DNA of 64,000 nt from Malacoraja senta (taxonomy: Eukaryota): NCBI GenBank assembly GCA_038087875.1, contig CM075996.1:1304001-1368000 (forward strand), given 5' to 3'. The stretch's first letter is position 1; every line of letters begins with the position of its first letter. The notes beneath the pieces are model-generated. The model saw only the letters and a program-made list of their open reading frames with translations, was not told the origin of the DNA and made no database searches. The position numbers and the translations under genes are program-made. This document shows positions 49,711 to 61,452 of the stretch, one piece after another.

Positions 49711-52700
49711 GTAGGTGGCAGGTTAATGCCTTCACAACCAACGGGTGGGTCGGCTGATAAAGAGACTGATGACTGTTTAATCAACACTATTACTGTTGTT
49801 ACAGTGTGATGATCAGACGTCTGTCCTGCTGTTCCTGTGAATGCCAGGGCCCTCATTTTAAACGCTTTTCCAATTTGCTTCCCCTCTTGAAGGCGGCTAT
49901 CCTTTGCTGGGTAGTTTGGCAGCATTGACAAACCTTTTAACATTTTGCTCAAGTGATGTTGCAGCTCACTTTCTGGCTGTTTGATGTGGCCAATGCAAAG
50001 AAGAGAGTGTAATGTGAAATGTGAGGTTAGAGTCTGAGAGTGATGTAGTGTTGCATTCGCATTCACCGGCCAACATGTCCCAGCTACACTAGTCCCACCT
50101 GCCTGCATTTGGTCCATATCCCTCCAAACCTGTCCTATCCATGTAAGGTTATTCACTTTGGTAGGAAATATCAATTTATTTTTGAATTAACCTTGAAATA
50201 CTAGTAAATGCAGGTCTACAGAGAGACATTGGTGTACTGCTTCAAGAGGTATTGTCGCTTGCAGATGCATTTAACATCTAGGAAATCAAATGCTGTATTG
50301 GTGTCTGAGGTGCAGTGACATTAAATAACTGTTAAAAGTTATTATTATTATTATTAACCCCCCTTCCCTATCCCCAGCTGGACTCAAGAGTATTTTGTTG
50401 TCATATGTCCCTAAACAGAGCAATGAAATTCTAGACTCCACAGATATGTAATATAGTACTTTGTAAAAACCATAATAAACAACAAAAAAGTCCCATACGC
50501 CTATTCCTTCCTTCCAGAGATGCTGCCTGTCCCGCTAAGTTACTCCAGCATTTTGTGTCCATATTATATATATGGATTGTAAACCAAGTACTTTCTTTCT
50601 TGCTTTTAGGAAACCTGTTTTCTTCTGACGTAAAGAACAGTAAATGGCAGCGGCCGCCAGTACCAAAGATCAACCCGAAAGATGACAGCATCACGTTCCA
50701 GCAGGTGGAGCTCGAGTACTATGTGGGTAAGTGACAGGATCAGTAAAGTTTTGGCTTAGACACAGCTCCGAATGTGAATTCAGCCCTCCACTTTATGTTG
50801 TGGTATTGAGGCTGTGTCAGCAGGCCATGGAGAATAAAGCTGTTATCCGGCAACTGATATCCTACCACAATTAGAGAGCAGTCTTGACCTCATGAGTGAC
50901 CCTCGGACTATCGTTGATCAGACTTTGCTGGCCTTACCTTGCACTAAACATCATTCCCTTATCATGTAACTATTCTCCGTAAATGGCTCGATTGTAATCA
51001 TGTATTGACTGGTTGGCACGCAACAAAAGCTTTTCACTGTACCTCGGAACACATGACAATAAACTGAACTGAAGTTAAACACTTCCAAACTGTGGTGTAC
51101 AGATTATAATTGGGCAGTGGTGGTATGGCATGAAGCCCAAGATAACACTTGCGTTAAGCCCACTTAATCGAAGGATAGGAACCCGAGTGAGGAGCTGAAT
51201 GCACCTATACCTGTCCAGTCGCAAATAACACTTACGATTACGTGTCGTAAAAAGTCGGGTGAAAACCTCAAACTGCAATTTTTCTGTAATATTTTCACAA
51301 TGGTAAAAGTGTGGCATAGTGGTTCACAGCGCCAGAGACCCGGGCTCCATTTTGCCACTGTATGTAGTCTGCACATTCTCTTTGTGATCATGTGGGTTCC
51401 TGCCCACATCCCAAAGACATGCGGGCTGTAGGTTAATTGGCTCTCTGTAAATTGCCTCTAGTGAGTAGGTGAGAAAGTGGGTTAACATAGAACCAGTGTA
51501 AAGGGTTGATGGATGCTCAGCATGGACTTGGTGGGCCGAAGGGCCCATTTCTATGCTGTATCTTTCAATCATCAACTAAAATCTAAATGATATTGCATAG
51601 AGGGAAGGTAGACAAAAGTGCTGGAGAAACTCAGCGGGTGAGGCAGCATCTATGGAGCGAAGGAATAGGTGACATTTCGGGTCGAGACCCTTCTTCAGAC
51701 TGATGAGGGGGTGGGGGGGCGGGAAGAAGAAAGGAAGAGGCGGAGACAGTGGGCTGTGGGAGAGCTGGGAAGGGGAGGGGAAAGAGGGAGAAAGCAAGGA
51801 CTACCTGAAATTGGAGAAGCCAATGTTCATACCGCTGGGGTGTAAACTACCCAAGCGAAATATGAGGTTCTACTCCTCCAATTTGCGGTGGGACTCACTC
51901 TGGCCATGGAGGAGGTCCAGGACAGAAAGGTCGGATTTGGAATGGGAGGGGGAGTTGAAGTGCTGAGCCACTGGGAGATCAGGTTGGTTGTTGCGAACTG
52001 AGTGGAGGCTATTGCATAGAGGGTGCTTATTGAAGCCATATTCATACTAGCTAGTAAGCAACTGTTGTGGCTCATTGCACTTGCCCACTGTCAGTAACTT
52101 TTCAGGTTCTGGCAGTTCAAGTTAATTCATATCTCACAAATGAACAAACATTTCACTGCATCTCTGTACCTGTGACAATAATAAACTAAACTAAACATTT
52201 AGAAAAATGTAATAAATGTGTTTTTTTGTGGAAAGCCTTAAAATATTATAAATGAGCTAAATATCTCTCACAGCCTCTATGGTTTAATTTATAATTCAGG
52301 AAAGAAGCTGAGATTTGCTGAGCAGATTGCACTCCAGACAATGTGCTTGTTTTTTAAGGCTTATCTCTAGCTTTGAAGGGACATGTTTTTAATACTGCTC
52401 TGGTCTGTTCCCCTTTTTAGTTAGCATTAATCCCACAGTATCTGTTGTTCCTGTGTCCAGGCTGCAAGTAGTGTCATAAGATTTATGCCACCTAGTTTAT
52501 TATATCTTTATATTTCTCTGAAGAAGGGTCCCGACTCGAAACTTTATCTATCCATGTTCTCCAGGAATGCTGCCTGACCCACTGTGACTTTGTGTCTATT
52601 AATCGAGCTGCCCCTTACAACTGCCGTCCGAATACACAGGGGATTTTGTACCACAATTGATATGGGGCCATTGTTCCCTTCTGATTGAACTTTCTCAATT

Positions 52701-55700
52701 ATTTCTCCATCAATATCTTTGATTGTGCCAGCAACAACCATTATTCTTTAAGTATTAATTTCCAATTTTAATGAATAATTTACAATAAAATTGTGCAGTA
52801 CAAAGGCAACCCATTTAGCTGATTGAACCTGTGGGGAAAAGTGTGATGTTTTGTTTTTGTTTTGTTCAAGTCCATTGACAGATTCTTCAATCTCTGTTCT
52901 CTGACTCATGAAGTATTTTTATTTGCCTGTCAAAATATTAATCTATACTGTTTCCGGGCTCCGCCGTGCACTTTTGCAACTATTGCCAATTCTATTTTGT
53001 ACTTCATTCATTTGCCAAGCAGGTTTTGTGAATTCCTTATGTAAAGAGGAGCCAAATAGATAAGTTTCAGCAAACTTTGTATTTTCTTCAGCTGAGCTCA
53101 GCAGTGACTTCCACCTCATTCATTGCCCCCTCTGGCATTAACATTTGTTTGCTGTGGGAAATCTTTAATTTAGATCTATATTGATTGGGAAGTTTTATAA
53201 TTATTACTGTTTTTTAATTATTGTTTGACTAAGGAAACATCTACATCATGGACATGCCATTGTTCCAGTAAACTGGATTATTTGCAAATCCTTACCAATA
53301 TATTTTCAAACGTTATTTAGTGGATGCTTTGGAGAAAATTAACAAAAAACAATTAAGTGGAGCAATTCAACTGGTAACAATGTCAGGGTGCATGTGATGA
53401 ATAAAATTGACTGACTTTTGGGTGTGTATGCACAGCTTAAGCAGGAATACTGGAAGGGTAGTATTTCAGTAAAAGTTTTGAATTGTGTAACTTTGGAACA
53501 ATAAACTGACATAGGAGTGAGAAAGTTGAGGTAATGAAATGGAACATTGCAAGGAAGATATTGTGCAATTATAGGTGGATTCACTCATTATTTCCCTTCT
53601 CTCTACAAATGACACTTGGAGAACAAAAAAACTCACGTTAATCTCATCCTCTGATTTGCTGGATGTTAAAAACTATTTTCCAGTAAGTTAATCAACTTTT
53701 GAAATCTAATTATTCCTGCCACGTCGGGCAAGTCCTGTAGTCAGTCTGTGCAAAGCAAGGTTTCCCAAAGGCAAGAAGGGTCTCCACCCCAAACGTTAGC
53801 CATTCCTTCTCTCCACAAATGCTGCCTGTCCCGCTGAGTTAGTTACTCCAGCTTTTTGTGTCTATCTTCGGTGTAAACCAGCGTCTGCTGTTCCTTCCTC
53901 CACATATCCGTATGCAGGCTTAGAGGGACATGGAGAAACAAGGAACTGCAGATGCTGGTTGAAGCATGGTCTAAATGCTTTCAAGAGAGAGCTAGATAGG
54001 GCTCTAAAAAATAGCGGAGTCAGGGTATATGGGGAGAAGGCAGGAACGGGGTACAGATTGGGGATGATCAGCCATAATCACATTGAATGGCGGTGCTGGC
54101 TCGAAGGGCCAAATGGCCTACTCCTGCACCTATTGTCTATTGTCTATTGTCTAAAGAAGGAAATGGTACATGAGATTCTCAATTTTAATAATTGCTCTTC
54201 ATTTCTTTTGTAGGGACTTATGTCGCTGGAATGCCTGGGAATAGACAGGGTCCCGTTCCTGTTACACGAATGTTTGGAATTACAATGGAGGGGAACAGTG
54301 TGTGTTGTCACATCCATGGCTTTATGCCATATTTCTATGTCCCGGCACCTGCTGGTGAGATTCTTGCATGTCCGTACACTCTCAGCTCCTGTTTATCAGG
54401 CGTGTCGATGCTCTGCAACTATTTACTCCAGTTGCAAAATAGCAGCGTCAACATTTCCAGGTCAGGGATAACATGAGAGCTCTGTTGTTAAGTCTCCTGT
54501 GTTTTTCCAACCAAAATGTATCTTCAACTGCCCTCTCAACATTGGCTGTAATTATGTAGCAAGCAAACGACCACAAGACATAGGAGCAGAATTAGGCCAT
54601 TCAGCCCATCAAGTCTACTCTGCCATTCAATACTTTTCCCTCCCAACCCCATTCTCCTACCTTCTCCCTGTAACCTTTGACACCCATTTTAATCAAGATC
54701 TATTAGTCTCTGATTTAAAGATAACCAATGACTTGGCCTCCACAGCCGTAGACATATCTAATTGGTTCTGTGTACAAAATTCAATACGGTGCCAGTGTGT
54801 ATATATCGCAGAACTCAAACTATAAAATGTGTGTACAGCTCAAGACCAGAAGAAACGGCAGAGAGATGTGAATGCAGTCCAGTCCATCACATAAAGGAGC
54901 CTCTCTCTCCCCCCCCCCCCCATCAACTCCACCTACACTTCACGCTGCTTCTGGAAAGCAGCCAACATAATCAAGGGCCACGCATTCCTTGGTTATCCTC
55001 TCTTCTCCCCTCTGCCATTGGGCAGAAGGTACAAAAGCTTGAAAGCACGTACCACCAGATTCAAGAACAACTTCTTCCCTGCCATTATCAGACTTGAATG
55101 GCCCTTTCATACGCTAGGATGAATTCCCAATCTACCTCTTTTACCTAGGGGGGGTTACATGCTTGAAAAGCAGTGCATAATTCTTTTAACGCCAAAATAA
55201 AAGATCCACGCGACTACGCTGTCCGGTAAATTTGAGCGTGTTATTCGACAAATACCAGCACATAAATCAAGCTAGGGTAATAAAGGAACAAGCGCGATAT
55301 TTCAAAAACGCATAATTCAAGCACGCAGAAAACACAAGGTGCCTGTACTTCTGTGCAGGAAGGAACTGCAGATGCCGGTTTACACCAAAGATGCTGGAGT
55401 AACTCAGCGGGACAGGCAGCATCTCCGGAGAGGAGGAATGGGTGATGTTTTGGGACGAGACCCTTCCAAGAGAGACAGATTTAGCTCTAAGGGCTAACGG
55501 AATCAAGGGATATGGGGAAAAAGCTGGAAAGAGGTACTGATTTTTGATGATCAGCCATGATCATATGATGGGGGTGCTGGCTCAAAGGGCCTACTCCTAC
55601 ACCTATTTTTCTATGTTTCTATGACCCGAAACGTCGCCCATTCCTTCTCTCCAGAGATGCTGCCTGACCCGCTGAGTTACTCCAGCACTCTGTGGCACGT

Positions 55701-58700
55701 CACCTATCCATGTTCTCCACAGATGCTGCCTGACCCGCTGAGTTACTCCAGCACTCTGTGAAACGTCACCTATCCATGTTCCGGCAGCATCTATGGAGCG
55801 AAGGAAATAGGCAACGTTTCGGCCCAAAACCCTTCCGGGTTTCGGCCCGAAACGTTGCCTATTTCCTTCAGGGTTTCGGCCCGAAAGGTTGCCCATTTCC
55901 TTCGCTCCACAGGTGCTGCCTGACCCGCTGAGTTACTCCAGCACTCAGTGAAACGTCACCTATCCATGTCCTCCACAGATGCTCCCTGACCCGCTGAGTT
56001 ACTCCAGCACTCAGTGAAACGTCACCTATCCATGTCCTCCACGGATGCTGCCTGACCCGCTGAGTTACTCCAGCACTCTGTGAAACGTCACCTATCCATG
56101 TCCTCCACAGATGCTCCCTGACCCGCTGAGTTACTCCAGCATTTGGTGTCTACCTTCTGCCTGTGCTTCTGTCTTGTCTCTCCTCAACCTCCAGCGCTGC
56201 TGGCTGAAGCAGAGCAAGATGCAGTTCGGTGTGAATTATTGTTGTACACTGCGTAGCCTGGAGACAGTCGAGCAACAGAAGAGTCTAATCTTAAAAATGT
56301 TGTTGAGCGTCAGCTAAAAGAACGCAGGCCCATCCATTACCGAGCACAATTGTCATAGCTGTCTACTGACTACTGACTAATATAATGTCTACTGTGGTGA
56401 TATCCCATTGTGGCCATGTGTTGAATTACTCATGGTGCAGTGAACGGACACATCTATAACTCTGAAACTTCCACTCCTCTCTGACAGGTTTCAGTTCAGA
56501 ACACCTCCATGACTTTCAGCGGGAGCTGAACAGCCTTGTGATTAAGGACATGAGGTCAAACAAGGATAACATCTCTCAAGTGGTACTGGCAGTCGATATC
56601 TGTCTGAAGGAGAGTAAGTACAGCATTCTGTTGTTGCCTTCTTTTTGTTCTCTCCCATGCTCGGACATCTAGAAAAGTGGCAAAGCCCTGAACGCAGAAC
56701 ATCAGGATGTCTAGAAGGAATGCCAAAGGTCTTTCTGAACTTGCTAAAAGCCGTCCCTGGAGGAGGGAAAGACAGGAGGAACATTATACATTTTGGTTAA
56801 AGGACACAGGAAAAGAATGACTTCTGCTAGGAAAATTCTCATTTCATAGATACATGGACAATAGGTGCAGGAGTAGGCTGAGCCAGCACCACCATTCAAT
56901 GTGATCATGGCTGATCATGCACAATCAGTGCCCCGTTCCTGCCTTCTCCCCATATCCCTTGACTCCGCTATCCCTAAGAGCTCTATCTAACCCTCTTTTG
57001 AATACATCCAGTGAATCGGCCTCCACTGCCTTCTGAGGCAGAGAATTCCTCAAATTCACAACTCTCTGGGTGAAAAAGTTTTTCCTCTCAGTTCTAAATG
57101 GCCTACCCCTTATTCTTAAACTGTGGCCTCTGGTTCTGGACTCCCCCAACATTGGGAACATGTTTCCTGCATCTATCGTGTCCAATCCTTTTCATGATAT
57201 CCTACAGCTTTTTCCAACCGATAAAGTATTTTTCAGCGTAAAAAAATTTCAGCCCTCAAGGGAAGACTTAGCAGGTCAGGCAGCACATGTGGCAGTGGTA
57301 GAGAGTTGATGCTTTAGCTGATGTCCTGACCACAGGTCATTGGCGTTGTTCCTTTCAACAGGTTCTGCCTGACCTGCAGTTCAGAGACTTTTCCACTTTA
57401 TTCAAGGAGCGCGCGTCGTGTGTGAGTGCGTGTGTGTGAGTTTGTGCATGTATGCGTGTGTGTATGTATGTGTGTGTGTATATGTGTGTGTGTGTGCGCG
57501 CATGTGTGTTTGTGTGTGCGCGTGTGCATGTGTGTGTATGTGTTTGTGCATGCGTGTGTATATGTGCGTGTGTGCATGCGTGCGTGTGTGTGCACATGTG
57601 AGGTGTGGGAGTGGGGTAGCCTCAAATGACCACACGGTTGTGAAGGGTTCGGTTTAGTTTGGAGATACAGCGCGAAAACTGGGCCTTCGGCCCACCGAGT
57701 CCACGCCGACCAGCAATCCCTGCACATTCAAGCGCCTTGAGTATTAGAAAGGCGCTATATAAATCCCATCCATTATTATTATTATTATTATTATTATTAA
57801 CACTATCCTACACACACAAGAACAATTGTTACACTATACCAAGTCAATTAACCTACAAACCTGTACGTCTTTGGAGTGTGGGAGGAAACCGAAGATCTTG
57901 GAGAAAATCCACGCAGGTCATGGGGAGAACGTACAAACTCCGTACAGACAGCACCTGTAGTCAGGAGAAATATCATTTGAAAGCAAGCAATCTTTTTAGA
58001 TATCTTCAAATCCGAGACTATGTGAAAACATATACACAAGACTGTCATTTTATGGGTCCAGATATACTAGATGACTGTATGAATAGACATGATGATACAT
58101 ACAAGTTAATATCCAACATTTACAACACTCTTTTAATTGCACGCATCCAATCTTCTGAGATGCGTAGGCGAGCATGGGAAGACGAATTGGGTTTATTAAT
58201 TTCAAAGGATAGCTGGGAGGAAAGCATTCTATACATACACTACTGCTCTCTCAATGTCAGGCACTCCCTGATACAATTTAAAATACTGCATAGACTCTAC
58301 TATTCAAAGACCAAATTAAACAATATCTTCCCAAACGTCTCTGCTATTTGTGATAAATGTCACCTCCAAGAAGCGACTACAACCCATTCCTTCGCTTCCT
58401 GTATAAAGTTACAAAACCTCTGGAGGGGAATATTTGATATCTTCTCAAATTAAATTGGAACCAGATATAAATCTGATCACATTAGGTATGTCAGAGGCCT
58501 GCTCTGAGCTAACGATATTTCAAAGACGTTTCCTCAATTACGGCTTAATAACGGCGAAAAAACGAATACTCACATTTTGGAAAAAGACAACAGTTCCCAC
58601 AGTGAAGATGTGGATTACTGATATATCCGAGACACTACATTTAGAAAACATTAGGCTTGACTTGGCTGAAAAAGCAGATCAATTTCTCAAGACATGGTTG

Positions 58701-61452
58701 CCTTTCACTGAATTTCTGCAACAACAGAATGGTTAAATTTAAACCCGATGCCGGGGGTGGGTGAGGTGGGGGGAGGGGGGGAAGGTATATCTCCATATTT
58801 TTTCTTATTTCTTTCCTTTCCTCTTGCACTTTGGTAGTTTAGGGGTCTCTTTCTTGCTTTCTCTTATTTTACTTTTCTTTCTTTTTTTCCTTTTTTTTCT
58901 TTTTGTTGTTTAGGTTTCAATGTTAAAAATGAAGCTGTACAATAATTCTGTCGATTGCCTTATCCCTGTACAATTGCTTCTAATAAAATTAATTAATTTT
59001 TTTTTTAAAAGACAATACCTGTGGTCAGGATCAAACCCGGGTCTCAGGTGCTGCAAGCATTGTAAGGCAGCAACTCTACCGCTGGGCCACCGAGCCACCC
59101 TGCTAATGATCTGTGATCTGCTAATAATACCTTTCTGCAGCAGCGAGTATTTGTCTTGTCCAGATTTGATGGATGTGAGTCAATTGTAATAAGATGCTAG
59201 GGAGCTGCCTGTCCTTTGCAGCAGAACCTGCTTGGGAGAGATAGGGGGAGACATATGTTTCAACATTGCTGAGAGAATGCCATCAATGGATGAATGTACA
59301 ATTACAGATATGTACGGCTACGGAGGAAACATGAAGACACCATTCCTAAAGATCACTATGGCACTGCCTCGCCTAATTGCCGCAGCTAAACGGCTGCTGG
59401 AACAAGGATTCCACTTCGGTTCAATGCCAACCAGCAACTATCAGTCATATGAGGCCAACATTGACTTCGAAATCAGGTACTTACTACTGACTGAGCATTA
59501 AAACAATTCATTAAGAAATGTGGGAGTTTTTGCAATATCTGGAAATATGAAGGATATGACATCCAATATAAAGTGTTTTTTAAGTGAGCTGTTATTGTAA
59601 TGTGGGAAGCATAGTAGCTGATTTGTGCATAGCAAGCTCCCACAGTGCTTTAGACTATAGCGATGCAGCGCCCAAAAAGGCCCTTCGGCCCACTGAATCC
59701 ATGCTGACCAGCGATCCCTGTATACTAGCACTATCCCATACCCTTGGGACAATTTACAACTTTTATTTTAGCGAAGCCAATTAACCTACAAACCCGTTTG
59801 TCTTTGGAGTGTGGGAGGAAACCGGAGCACCCGGAGAAAACCCACGTGGTCACGGGGAGAACGTACAAACTCTACAGACAATTTAAAAACGCCTGGTTTT
59901 CAGTTGTAGTATTGTGCTTTTGCCATTAGGTGACGTGTCTGAACTATGGGAATGGCAGAGATTGTACCAGTGATACAGAGTGTACAGTTCCCCACCACTT
60001 ACACGGTTTATTTTTTATTACAAGCAGCCAATTACATTTTGCAATAATTTTAACAAAGTCAAAATTCAACATGTTTTCAGTCTGTCATGTGCACTGCAAA
60101 AAAATATTTCAAAATTAAAAAGCTGATAATTTCAGGCAAGATCAGATTTTCAAGCAATCTTTTGAAGTGCTTTGCTTCTGTATGCAAACTACATTAAATG
60201 TTTTGCTGTTTCCTTCATCTGTACAACTTGTTCTCACCAAATTGGCTGTCTGTCACCATTGCAGTGACAGATGTGAGGTGAAGATTTCAAACAAACTGCA
60301 TACAACTTGTGTCCATAAGAGGAAAATAAAATACGGATTCTGTTCAATTATTCTTGCTCCATTTGTCTGTATCGGCCAAGTCGTGTTAACTCGGCAAACC
60401 TGCTGCAAGCAATGATGACTAATCTACAGCAGGCCTGATGAATAATAACTTTCAGTTGTTTTACATTCTCAACCCACAGACCGTTTATAGTTTAGTTCAT
60501 TGTGAGCGGAATTAGGCCATTCGGCCCATCACGTCTACTCCGCCATTCACTCATGGCTGATCTATCTCTCCCTTCTAACCCCATTCTCATGCCTTCTCAC
60601 CATAGCACCATAAAAATATCCATTGACTTGGCCTCCACAGCCTTCTGTGGCAAATAATTCCACAGATTCACCACCCTCTGACTAAAGAAATTCCTCCTCA
60701 TCTCCTTCCTAAAGGAACGTCCTTTAATGCTGTGGCTATGACCTCTAGTCCTAGACTCTCCTAATAGTGGAAGATAAGAAAAGTGACATGTAAAGCCTCA
60801 CTGAGGCACCTACACTAGCTCCTTTTTTAGTAGCATCTCAATTTAATGATTTATGACGACTTTCATTACAAACTCTAGCATAGATGCACCCCTGTTCCTT
60901 CTCTCCAGCGATGCTGCCTCACCCGCTGAGTTACTCCAGCATTTTGTGCTACCTTCGATTTAAATCAGCATCTGCAGTTCTTTCTTACACCCTTTTTCCT
61001 TATCTGTGACATTCTCAAAAACCACACCCTCCTTGCTGTTTCCATGACTCTGATTCTGGTCTCTTGCATGTCCCCAATTTTAATTTTCCCATCATGGGCT
61101 GAACTTTCAGTGGCCGAGGTCATGTCATCAGGACTTTCCCCCTCCCACCAAGACATCTGTGCGCCTCCCCGCCCCTTCCTTCAAGATGCCGTTTATAGTC
61201 ACCCTAATATCTGGTGACTTGTGTCTGAGTGTTTGGTATTTTTCCTGGAACCCTTCATGCTTTTGACAGGGATTGTTGAAAGGACCAGATTGAATTTATG
61301 CTTAATGTTACCATGCTTAAAGGTACATTTTGTCTGATATTTTTGTTAGATTCATGGTGGATTGCGATGTCGTTGGCTGCAACTGGATTGAATTACCCGC
61401 TGGGAAATACCGGATAAGGGAAGACCAACCTACAGGGGACAATCGCAAAAAG
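49485..61452 (+). CDS. POLD1: DNA polymerase delta catalytic subunit, first six coding exons (continues beyond the window)
   Basis: Exons 49485-49710, 50610-50726, 54214-54354, 56488-56613, 59308-59476, 61350-61452, phases consistent. Motifs: [51 protein letters not shown]. Confidence 0.97.
50610..50726 (+). CDS. POLD1: POLD1 exon
   Basis: [38 protein letters not shown]. Confidence 0.94.
51605..52009 (-). mobile_element. 5'-truncated Penelope-like retroelement (GIY-YIG C-terminus, 3' UTR, hammerhead-like motif) with 14-bp target-site duplication
   Basis: 51801-52007(-) reads [81 protein letters not shown] flanks it at 51591-51604 and 52010-52023. Confidence 0.85.
54214..54354 (+). CDS. POLD1: POLD1 exon
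   Basis: [46 protein letters not shown]. Confidence 0.96.
56488..56613 (+). CDS. POLD1: POLD1 exon
   Basis: [41 protein letters not shown]. Confidence 0.94.
57967..59009 (+). mobile_element. 5'-truncated L1-clade LINE (ORF2 C-terminal zinc-finger region, 3'UTR, AATAAA) nested in a SINE
   Basis: [16 protein letters not shown]...CDKC...H.F.SC motif, frameshifted near 58440; ~21-bp TSD at 57946-57966 and 59010-59030. Confidence 0.85.
59308..59476 (+). CDS. POLD1: POLD1 exon
   Basis: [33 protein letters not shown]...[10 protein letters not shown]. Confidence 0.96.
61350..61452 (+). CDS. POLD1: POLD1 exon
   Basis: [43 protein letters not shown]. Confidence 0.93.
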
